Part shown: piece by piece, positions 51,346-62,657 of the stretch
Position numbering within the stretch: the first letter of the stretch is position 1
Layout: every line of letters begins with the position of its first letter
Program-made: the position numbers and the translations under genes
The notes under the pieces: model-generated
What the model was told of the DNA's origin: nothing
The model's database searches: none
What the model saw: the letters and a program-made list of their open reading frames with translations, nothing else
Assembly (NCBI RefSeq): GCF_006345805.1
Contig: NC_042997.1
Location: 111,352,001-111,416,000, forward strand
DNA from: Octopus sinensis
Taxonomy: Eukaryota
Reading direction: 5' to 3'
DNA length: 64,000 bases

Positions 51346-54300
51346 GCATGCAAGAAATAAGGTGGAGAGGAGGATCAGCTAGGTTCCTCACAGGCAAGGA
51401 ACGCAGGTACAAGATTTTCTGGGCAGGGAACACTGACGGGGTTGGTGGCGTGGGTATACTTATCGCTGAGAAATGGGTAGATAAAGTAATTGAGGTAATC
51501 AGAGTAAGTGACAGAATACTTAAGATTAGATTAGTGCTTCATCATAGTTTAGCAACCATTATATCAGCCTATGCTCCTCAGTCGGGGCTACCCGATGGAC
51601 AGAAAGACCGATTCTATGACACTCTACTGCAGACTACCTCATTGACGAACGACAGAGACCTTATCTTTGTGGCTGGTGACTTCAATGGTCACGTTGGACG
51701 ACATGCTGGGGGCTTCCATGGCGTACATGGAGGCTATGGCTCCCGCAACGAGGAGGGAACCAGGCTGCTGGAGTTCTGCGATGCAAATAATCTTCTGATT
51801 TGCAACACTAACTTCAGGAAACCTACCAGCCACCTAGTCACTTACCAATCGGGCCAACATACCAGCCAAATTGACTACATCCTTACAAGGCAAAGGGAGA
51901 GATGGCTGCTTATAAATGCCAAAACCTTCCCAGGTGAAGAATGTACCCCACAACATAGACTGGTAGTTAGTGACTTTAGGATCAGGACTAGGAGGACAAC
52001 CAGAAGACGACAAATATGGAGAAGAAGGATCTGGAAGCTTAAAGATCCTGCAAATGGACAGAGATTTAGGGACATATTACTTGAAGCCTCTGACGAAGTA
52101 GAAGGGGATAGAGCATCACAGGGGGTAGAAGACAGCTGGACGTTTCTAAGGGACAACCTGCTGAGAGCCACTGACCAGATCTGTGGCTGGTGCAAAGTCC
52201 CCTCTCGACCTAGAATAACGTGGTGGTGGAACAATATTGTAGACAGGGCTATTAGAGAAAAGAGACAGGCTTGGAAGGTCTGGAAAAATGGGGGTAGCAG
52301 GGAATTGTATCAGACTGCCAAAAAGAAGCTAGGAGACAGGTTTATTTAGCCAGAGGGGAAGCAGATAAGAAAAAATTTGCCAATGTTCTGCGCCGTGAGG
52401 ACCAAAGACTGGAGGTGTTTCGTGTTGCAAGACAGTGTGTGAGAGAGAATCGTGATGTGGTAGGAGAGAAGTGTGTTCGCATGGAAGATGGTTCACTTGC
52501 GCTAAATGAGGATGCAAAGAGAGAGGTTTGGAGATGCCACTATGAAAGGTTGCAGAATGAAGAAAATGAATGGGATAAAGAGAGTCTGCCCGAATGTTGA
52601 CCCAACAGAGGGACCAGCTATCCGAGTTGATAGTTCTGTGGTAGCTAAGGCAATTAGAAGCATGAAGACAGGGAAAGCCCCAGGCCCATCAGGAATCACT
52701 GCAGAGATGCTCAAAATGTCTGGTAGTGTCGGCTATAGCCTAGTCACCCATATAGTTAATCAGGTGATACACAAAGGGGTCATACCCAATGACTGGTGTA
52801 GCAGTATAATAGTCAACTGCTACAAAGGTAAAGGTGATGCCCTAGACACAAATAACTACAGAGGTATCAAGCTGTTGGACCAGGTGATGAAGGTTACGGA
52901 GAGGGTCATAGCCCAACTAATTAGAGAGAGAGTTAGTTTAGATGAGATGCAGTTTGGGTTTGTGCCAGGGAAAAGTACTACTGATGCTATATTCCTGGTA
53001 AGGCAGCTGCAGGAGAAATACCTAGCCAAAGATAAGCCCCTGTACCTGGCTTTTGTTGACATGGAGAAAGCCTTCGACAGGGTCCCCGATCCCTTATCTG
53101 GTGGGCAATGAGAAAACTAGGGATAGATGAATGGTTAGTGAGAGCTGTGCGGGCCATGTATAGGGACGCCGCTAGTAGGGTGAGGGTTGGAAATGAGTAT
53201 AGTGAAGAATTCCGGGTAGAGGTAGGGGTCCACCAAGGCTCAGTACTCAGCCCCCTCCTATTTATCATAGTCCTCCAGGCAATAACGGAGGAATTCAAGA
53301 CAGGATGCCCTTGGGAGCTCCTCTATGCTGATGACCTTGCTCTAATTGCTGAGTCGCTATCAGAACTGGAGGAGAAGTTTCAGGTGTGGAAACAAGGATT
53401 AGAATCGAAGGGCCTCAGAGTCAATCTAGCTAAAACCAAAGTCGTAATCAGTAGGAAGGTAGACAAATCACAAACACCTTCAGGTAGATGGCCCTGCTCG
53501 ATCTGTAGAAAAGGTGTAGGTAGAAACTCTATAAGATGCACCAAGTGTAAGCTATGGACACATAAGAGGTGCAGCAATGTCAAAGGAAGGCTAACTAGGA
53601 AGATGGTTTTTGTATGTGGCAGATGCTCAGGAACAATAAACACTGAAAATGCTCTGAGACCAACTTCCGTCACTTTCCAGGGAGAAAACTAGAAATAGTT
53701 GATAGTTTCCGTTACCTAGGTGACCAAGTCAGCAGCGGGGGCGGGTGTGCTGAAAGTGTAACTGCTAGAGTAAGAATAGCTTGGGCAAAGTTCAGAGAGC
53801 TCTTACCTCTGCTGGTGACAAAAGGCCTCTCGCACAGAGTGAAAGGCAGACTGTATGATGCGTGTGTACGAACAGCCATGCTACATGGCAGTGAAACATG
53901 GGCCGTGACTGCTGAGGATATGCGTAAGCTCGCTAGAAATGAAGCCAGTATGCTCCGATGGATGTGTAATGCCGGTACTCACACTCGGCAGAGTGTAAGT
54001 ACCTTGAGAGAAAAGCTGGACCTAAGAAGCATCAGTTGTGGTGTGCAAGAGAGACGTTTGCGCTGGTATGGTCATGTGGCGAGAATGGATGAAGATAGTT
54101 GTGTGAAAAAGAGCCACACCCTAGCGGTTGAGGGAACCTGTGGAAGAGGCAGACCCAGGAAAACCTGGGACGAGGTGGTGAAGCACGACCTTCGAACTTT
54201 AGGTCTCACTGAGGAAATGACTAGAGACCGAGACCTCTGGAAGTGTGCTGTGCACGAGAAGACCCGGCAGGACAAGTGAGTCCACAACCCGTGGCCTTCT

Positions 54301-54888
54301 ACATGGGATGGAGCCAGCCTACGTATGCATACCTTCCCTTCTTGGGACACAAAACTCTACTTGTGAAGACGTGTTGAGGCAAGTGAGGATCAGAATCGAA
54401 ATCGATCAATGGAAATTGCGGATGTGCTACCAGTGCCGGTGGCATGTCGAAACTCTGCTTGTGAAGACCCATTGAGGCAAGTGAGGATCAGAATCGAAAT
54501 CGATCAATGGAAATCGATCAATGGAAATTGCAGATGTGTTACCAGTGCCGGTGGCATGTAAGAGAACTTTCCGTTTCGCGACCGTTGCCAGCACCGCCCC
54601 GTTTCGTGTCCGTTGCCAGCCTCGCCTGGCCCTCGTGCCGGTGGCACATAAAAAGCACCATCCGTTCGTGGCCGTTTGCCAGCTCTGTCTGGCACCAGTG
54701 CGGGTGGCACGTAAAAAGCACCCACTACACTCACGGAGTGGTTGGCGTTAGGAAGGGCATCCAGCCGTAGAAACACTGCCAGATTTGACTGGGCCTGATG
54801 AAGCCTTCTGGCTTCACAGACCCCAGTAGAACCGTCCAACCCATGCTAGCATGGAAAACGGACGCTAAATGATGATGATGATGATGAT
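51346..54888 (+). mobile_element. Near-complete RTE-clade LINE (APE endonuclease + RT + PHD finger + 3' UTR), slightly 5'-truncated
   Basis: QEIRW, SAYAPQ, GDFNGHVG, SQIDYIL, QHRLV endonuclease motifs; RT motifs with YADD; four frameshifts; (GAT)n tail. Confidence 0.97.
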
Positions 54889-56059
54889 GTGGTACCCTGC
54901 AAAGGGATTTGAACCCGAAACTTTAGCAAAATCTACCTGTATTTCACATACCCTGCATCTGGTCCCTTGGTATCTTTAGCAGAGCCCACTAGGGTTTACA
55001 CCAATACATGGGTCTCGGTACCTTTAGTAGAGTCAACTAGGGTTTTTCCAACAACACCTGGTCTCTAGATATTTTTAGTAGTCCTCGAGGGTTATGAAAA
55101 CCAACACCTGAATTTCGAAGTCAATCTCTTTAACTACAGAACCATTTCCACATCTATACACTTAAACTGTAGAAGAATTTTATTTAGTGTGAAAGTAGCC
55201 AGAATCACTTTACTAATTTCGGGTAGAATCCTCTTTTTACTTTAATAGTGCGACAATCCTTTCTAAGCCATTATTGTCAATTTTAACAGATTTAAAATAT
55301 TTGGTCCATGCCGACAGCTTTGATGTTTAAAGAGCGATAAAATAATTGGAATATAAATTTCATTTTAGAGAGAGAGCTTGTTGTTTGTAACCAATCACTC
55401 ATGCGATAAATAATCGATTGATCTTTCTCGATTATTGATCTTTCTAGATCACAACTGCATTGATTTTAAATTATTGACCTTTTTCTGCAAAGAACTTAGT
55501 AACTCAGGCAAAGCAGAATAATATCCTATCCAGGATTTAAAAACGACAAAAAAACACAGCTCGAACGTGGAGGCCACTACGTGGACACTTCACCGGCTTG
55601 AAATAGAAGTCATATCTGTCAAACCACATTTCTACTGTCTTATATAAACAATAGGTACATTGTGTGATGTGACCTTAGATGCAATGCTTTTAAAAGTGAC
55701 GATCACGGCTGGAATAGTACACTGAATCAAGGTTAACTTGGGGGTAAATAAAAACCGCCTATGTGACCTGTAGATCTATGGACAGACAGGCATCAATATT
55801 TTATCAATTCAACCGTTTTAGTTGTACTTCTCAGAGCAGACATTAAAGAGAGAAGGCAAGTTATGGAAAAGGTTGCGAATAGCGATGAAAGGACGTTGAC
55901 TCACAAACAACCGATTGATTGTTTAATGATCAGTTAGTTAGTTGGCTATATATTTAACCAATGGTCTAACAATGAAGTGACATCTAACCAATGCGTGTGT
56001 TAATATAGGTGTAATAACCCTCCCAAGACATTTTTAGTTGTGTTTGTAGAAAAAATAGA

Positions 56060-56330
56060 GATCGCTGTTGGGCTAACAAATTTGTTTCGTTATGGCGAAG
56101 TGTCAGGTTCGGTTCCATTGCATGGCTCGTTGGTCAATTGTATTCTAGCGTAAACTCGGTCGCCAAAACCTTATGAGTGGAATTTGGTTGATAGAAACTG
56201 TAAGGTGGCAAGCTGGCAGAAACATTAGCACACTGGGCGAAATGCTTAGCAGTATTTCGTCTGCCGTTACGTTCTGAGTTCAAATTCCGCTGAGGTCAAG
56301 TTTGCCTTTCATCCTTTCGGGGTCAATTAA
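56060..56330 (+). mobile_element. Old SINE A fragment followed by SINE B head (56203-56330)
   Basis: Consensus matches. Confidence 0.75.
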
Positions 56331-57925
56331 AATTATTTTTTAAATCTGTCAGTCAAAAGGTAAAGATCCATACTTGGTTGTGGGATGATGAAAATTGTAT
56401 GCTGGAAAAAAAATCAGTGTTTCAACTGTGTGAATATATATGTGTGTGTGTATGTGAAAGGGGGGTTATGTGAATGTGCATGTGTGTGCGCGCGCAATGG
56501 AAGTGGGATTTTTTGTGAAGTAGTATTTCAGTTATTTGTTTTTCAGTTTCAGATGTTTTTTCTTTTGGTTTTTAAATTTGTGTAATATTTTGCATTGAGA
56601 TTGAGGTATTTAATGTTTTTCAGTTATTTTTTTGTTGTTTTTTTTTTACCCCTGAAAATCTAAAAAGATTTTTTACCTATTTTTTAATATTGTTGTTTTA
56701 TTTTTATGTTTCTTTCTGTTGTTTTGCAACTTTATGCTTTGCATTTTTGTTCGCTTACTATGTGGGTTTTTAACGTTTGTCAAAAATTGTTTGTTAACGT
56801 AAGCGTGCCCAAACAAGTCGAATGCTTACACAGAGCAGGTTTTACAGCCATATCATCCAAACCGACTGGGTGGAACCGGGCTTAGCTGCTAGTATATATA
56901 GTAAAGAATGCAACTTGTAAAATACGGATTAGGAGCCAATGGTGTATATTTCAGTAAGCATATTGTGCCAGTTTTACCTAAATTCGATTGGTAATATTGC
57001 GATGTGTGTGTATGTGTGTGTGTGTCTAAATTGAATCTACTGGTGCCTCCCCAGTTTTTGTCGCGTTCCGATACATAACAAAAGGAACTATATTTGTTTG
57101 ACCTTAATACTTTGAACTAAGAATGAAACTGAAAGATGTTTTCTTTGTATTCAGTACAATGGTTACAATAAAGATTGTATCACTATATCACTCACTACCA
57201 TAGCTGTGTGTGCGAAAGAAACTATTTCCATTGTTAAATAGGCGCGCGTGTGTGTATGTGCGTGAATGTATTTCTATAGTCGAATGTGTGTGTGCGATAC
57301 CGATTTTTATATAACCTGTATTGTCTTTGCATTTCGTTTTTCACGTAAAGATTTCGTTTTTGCCGTCGAGCCTGCAAGGTCATGGCACGAACAATTTGCT
57401 AACAGGCCAAAACTTCAGCAAAGAAAATAAAACTATGCGTGGATATGAGTATGTATTTATACGTGTATGTGTGTATACGCTTGTATGTTTGTATATGTGT
57501 GTATGTCTATATGTGTCTGTATATGTGTATATACGTGTATGTCTGTTTGCATACATGTGTTGATAAGGATGTGCGCGTTTGCGTGTAGTTTGTATGTACT
57601 GTTGAGTAGACTGGGGAATGTGATGTGAAGTGCCTTGCTCAAGCATACAATGTGTCTCCAGTCTCATAATCTTTGAGCCCAACACCTTAACCGCTCAGCC
57701 ATGTATCCCTACACATCTCAACCCTTAAGCATTGAAACCGGCCATATCCGGTCCAAATATTCAACCTGTTTGAATGTTCAAACTGACCAGATCCGGCCTC
57801 TCACAACAACGCTACAATGGTATTCTCTCTCAGAGCAACAAGGTAATGCTTGATTAATTGAAAACAATATGAATAAATGAATCCAGGTAAAAAAAAAAAA
57901 GCTACACGAAAAGAAGTCACAGGGG

Positions 57926-58236
57926 TGGAGGCACATGGCCTAGTGGTTAGAGCAGTGGACTCGCGGTCGAGGGATCGCGGATTCGAATCTCAGACCGGGC
58001 GATGTGTGTGTTTATGAGTAAAACACCTTAAGCTCCACGCGGCTCCGGCAGGAGGTAATGGCGAACTTCTGCTGACTCTTTCCCCACAACTTTCTCTCAC
58101 TCTTTCCTCCTGTATCTTGCAGCTCACCTGTGACAGACCGGCGTCCTGTCTAGGTGGGGAACTTATACGTCAATGAAACCGGGAAACCCGCCCTTATGAG
58201 CCAGGCGTGGCTCGTGAAGGAACAAACAACAACAAA
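57926..58236 (+). mobile_element. SINE family R (body1 + tail beta) with TSD
   Basis: tRNA-like head TGGCCTAGTGG...GATTCGAATC; TCACAGGGGT on both sides. Confidence 0.9.
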
Positions 58237-59059
58237 AATTCACAGGGGTTTTGTCCGGGGGGAAGGTGTCCGAGAGGGTTTTATCCAAGGAGGTGGTTTT
58301 GTCTAGATCCCATAAATTGTGACTTTTATTTCCTAGCCAAAATTTTAACTTTATTACTGTGACTTTTTTTTCCCTCTGACTTTATTACCGGTCACCGAAC
58401 AAATAAGCATTACATTGTACAGAATAATCCGAATGCTGAAGGTTTCAATCATAAAACACCGTCAAACACGAACAGCCTCCCCCCATACACACACATTCCA
58501 GCAATTCTTTCACGCAGCTTCTGTCAACCAAATTTCATTCACAACGTTCAAATCAACGCCAGGCCTCGAAAGAAGACACCCAAGACCCTTACCCAAGGTG
58601 TTACACAATGGGATTGAACATGAAGCAACGTAAATGACACATGAACGTCTGAACCACACAGCTAGTTATGATTGTCTTTAAGTAAAGGAATGTTAAAAGC
58701 TCTCGTTCGTCATGTTTCCTGTGTCGAGTGTTTCCATATGTTTAAGATGTGTTTATTGGCTTAATAAGTTAAAAATAGTATCTATTATCTCTGAATTTAC
58801 CTATCAGTTTTATATTATATAGAGCTACTCGTCTTTTCTCTCTTTGTTGTTCTTGTTATATTCTATTGATTCGTAAATCGATCGAACCATTGATCTGTCT
58901 GTCAGAACGACTAGAATATTTCCAAGGTTTCGATTTTCCCCTCGTGTCTATAGACTTAAAACCTGCTCTGCACTATTAGTTTATTGTTGGATTAACAATA
59001 CACACACATCTCTCTCTCTCTTCTCTCACTTATGTGTATAAAGTATGTGGATTATATAT

Positions 59060-59458
59060 ACTCTTTACTCTTTTACTTGTTTCAGTCATTTGACTGCGGC
59101 CATGCTGGAGCACTGCCTTCAGTCGAAGAAATCGACCCCAGGACTTATTCTTTGTAAACCTAATACTTATCCTATCGGTCCGTTTTGCCGAACCGCTAAG
59201 TGACAGGGACGTAAACACATCAGCATCGGTTGTCAAGCGATGTTGGGGGCACAAACACACACACAAACATATACATACATACATACATACATACGACGGG
59301 CTTCTTTCAGTTTCCGTCTACCAAATCCACTCACAAGGCTTTGGTCGACCCGAGGCTATTATAGTAGAAGACTTGCCCAAGGTGCCACGCAGTGGGACTG
59401 AACCCAGAACCATGTGATTGGTAAGCAAGCTTCTTACCAACAGCCACTCCTGCGCCTA
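59060..59458 (-). mobile_element. Full-length SINE family A
   Basis: Near-consensus reverse complement. Confidence 0.92.
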
Positions 59459-59634
59459 TATATATATATATATATATATATTTTATATTCAACATTTCAT
59501 CTATTCAATAAGACAATCAATACTTCATTTCATTTTATTATATATATATTATTTATACTATATATTCTATATTCTACGTTAATATTATAAAGAATATAAA
59601 TAAAACATAAAACATGGAATTTCTTTGAATAATA

Positions 59635-59662
59635 TGTATATATATATATATGTGTGTGTGTG

Positions 59663-59698
<36 letters not shown>

Positions 59699-59719
59699 AT
59701 ATATATATATATATGTGTG

Positions 59720-59750
<31 letters not shown>

Positions 59751-59757
59751 ATGTGTG

Positions 59758-59788
<31 letters not shown>

Positions 59789-59850
59789 ATGTATGTATGT
59801 ATATATATATGTGTGTGTATATATATATATGTGTGTGTGTGTGTTTGTGT
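59635..59850. repeat. Compound (TA)/(TG)n microsatellite
   Basis: Directly visible. Confidence 0.95.
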
Positions 59851-60257
59851 TGTGAATATTATTTGGCTGTGTATATGGTTGCTGAGAAAGACTCTGCAAC
59901 ATGCTATTTCATGAATGATGTTGTTTAGCCCCGGGTCAGGTCGCGATTGAGTAGATATAGGATCAAAGAATTCCAGCCGTGATCATCCAGTTTCTTTTTA
60001 TTTAGGTATAAAGCATAATCGCTGGTCGGGCCACCATATTTCGTTATGCAACCACGATATACTCCCAAGTCTATGAAAGACTTATAAATCTTTACTGTAT
60101 CCCATATGTGTTAGAAATTCGATTCAATCACTTTTTTTAAGTGTTCCTCTACAGATTTTTCTACAGAATTTAGAGGCAGTATTGAAAATTATGACGTTTT
60201 GTATACGAATACATCTATGTAAACAATGCGATCGAACATGAAAAATTAGGTAATGGG

Positions 60258-60302
60258 TGTATATACAGGTTTCGGGAGTTTTTGCTCCCTTCTTCAGCAT
60301 TA
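60258..60302 (-). ncRNA. Hammerhead motif, inverted copy of the 114-bp unit
   Basis: Minus strand TAATG-CTGAAGA-A-GGGAG-CAAAAA-CTCCC-GAAACCTGTA|TATAC. Confidence 0.78.
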
Positions 60303-60397
60303 CATCCAACCCATTAATTGCCTGGAATGTGTTTAATATGTAAAACTGACATATCCAATTGTGTTACACCACTAAACTTAGTGGTTCATTTAAGCAA

Positions 60398-60744
60398 CGA
60401 GTTTCGTGGATGATTAATGGGTTGGATGTGGCACTGACGAAGGATCAAGAACTCCTGAAATATGTATATACTCCTCCATTACCTATTTTTGTATATTCGA
60501 TCGCATTGTTTCGAGTTTCGTGGATGTTTAATGGGTTGGATATGGCACTGATGAAGGATCAAGAACCCTTGAAATATGTATATACCCCTCCATTACCTAT
60601 TTTTGTATATTCGTTCGCATTGTTTCGAGTTTCGTGGATGTTTAATGGGTTGGATGTGGCATTGATGAAGGATCAAGAACTGAAATATGTATATACATCC
60701 ATTACCTATTTTTCTATCTTCGATCGCATTGTTTCAAGTTTCGT
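60398..60744 (+). repeat. Three tandem 114-bp units, each with a hammerhead-like core
   Basis: Unit starts 60398, 60512, 60626; cores CTGACGA (60434), CTGATGA (60548), TTGATGA (60662), each followed by AGGA..GAAATATGTA. Confidence 0.9.
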
Positions 60745-61385
60745 ACGACGGGCTTCTTTCAGTTTCCGTCTACCAAATCCACTCACAAGGCTTTGGTCGG
60801 CCCGAGGCTATAGTAGAAGACACTTGCCCAAGGTGCCACGCAGTGGAACTGAACTCGGAACCATGTGGCTGGTAAGCAAGCTACTTACCACACAGCCACT
60901 CCTATGCTTTCGGTGCAAATGGTTTTGTTATACGACGCCGTATTTTACAATCCTGCAAATAATAATAATGGTATTTTTATATAAGCTTAAAGCTTATGGA
61001 GATCACTGTGCAAATGACTAAGGGAAATAGTCTAATAAAGGGGCATATAAGCCCTCGACAGAAAAAAAGAAGGCTTTCCCATCCGCGTGTGAAGGTAACC
61101 TTGTGAGTGGATTTCGTACAGGGAAATGGAAAGAAACGGAAAGAAGACTGTCATATATGTGTGTATATTTGTGTATGTGTGTGCGTGTTTTCTTTTTGTA
61201 CCCCCACCATTGCTTGACAACTGATGTTGCTGTGTTTACATTCCTGTAACTTAGCGGTTTGGTAAAAGACATTGACAGAATGAGTACAAGGCTTAGAAAG
61301 AATAAATCCTGTGGTTGATTTCTTCGACCAACGACGGTGCTCCAGCATGGCCGCAGTCACATGACTGAAACAAGTAAAGCAATAA
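60745..61385. mobile_element. SINE A head half (-, 60745-60905) and SINE A tail part (+, about 61095-61385)
   Basis: Consensus matches. Confidence 0.85.
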
Positions 61386-61435
61386 AAAATCTATGCCATT
61401 TTAATCCTGAGCAAGGCCGGGTATCTCTGCTAGTG

Positions 61436-61500
<65 letters not shown>

Positions 61501-61505
<5 letters not shown>

Positions 61506-61597
61506 TGCATTAAAATACAGTTATGCAGTCTTTGACAATTTCTTAACATTTTTTTATCATTGTCAAAGACTGTATCACTGTGTTTTAATACATCTAT
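61501..61597. other. 97-nt hairpin with 39-bp arms
   Basis: 61501-61539 pairs with 61559-61597; two mismatches and two G-U pairs on the + strand. Confidence 0.85.
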
Positions 61598-62657
61598 GAT
61601 AACCATGTTTTAACATAACAAAGGCTACACATTTTACTTTTGAAAATCTTTTTTTAAAAAGAAAATGAAACCGGTCAAGTCAATAAACATCTTTAAATGA
61701 CCTCTGCATTTTAAAAATCCTCTCCCCTCTACACACACACACACGTACATGCATACTGTGTACAAAAATCCAGTGAAATCTCGATGTAAATAACCACTAG
61801 CTAAAGCGTAGAAACTGCTTCAGTCATAATAATAATAAATAACGACAATAAACTTGGTCTGTTCAGTCACTGCAAACAACGACCACAAACCATGAATGAA
61901 ACGAAATGGCTGTCCGTTTAAATATATTAACAACTATTGAGTGAAATCCAAAACCTAAATGGAGAATGAGCAAGAACTATAACTCTTCATTAACGGCTGT
62001 AATTATATGAGCATCAACTGTTGTTATTATAGTCTTAAAAATAACGATACGTATACATAAAAAGTATCTATGGTAACAGTGCTTGCTACATGGTAACTGT
62101 TTGGCACATATATATAACACATGATCAATAACAAATCAATTGGTTTATCTTTCCAGTGGGTTCACGTGATTTTCTGTTGGGATATTGTGTAGTTTAGCGT
62201 TCCGTTTGTTTTGTACAGAATTTGTCGTTTATCTGTTAAAGTTGTTTAAGGGAGGAGAAAAATGTGTTTGGTCATCGTGACGTAGACACCTCAGCCAGTC
62301 ACAGCGGAATGGATGGATACGCACGCACGCACACACACGATAGGAAAGTATACAGCAAAAAACGTATTATACAGTCAATAGTTGAGCAGACTAGATACTT
62401 AAAATCTAACGCCGAACGAAGGCAGACAGGATCAAAGGAACAAAGAATTAGCTCAACTATTTTAATACTCTTGTATATAACTATTCTATAAATGCTTTGA
62501 TGCAATTCACTACTGCCTGCCCACCTTATCTTTATAACGTTCAGAAGGCTATATAGGTGTCATTATCGGTTAGCACAGTTATTTAGTTACGATCGTTTCG
62601 ATAGCTGGTGGAATTATTTACATCAATCAACATGCTGAATCACGTATACGAAAATTA

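Noticed and set aside
54796-54825. CTGATGA-AGCC-TTCT-GGCT hammerhead-like start in the RTE 3' UTR
   Set aside because: No GAAA follows, and other tail copies read CTGGTGC
57926-58000. tRNA gene
   Set aside because: tRNA-like head continues into a SINE body and tail with a TSD; acceptor stem not intact
60359-61021. 220-aa ORF as a host gene
   Set aside because: Made of three 114-bp repeats plus antisense SINE sequence
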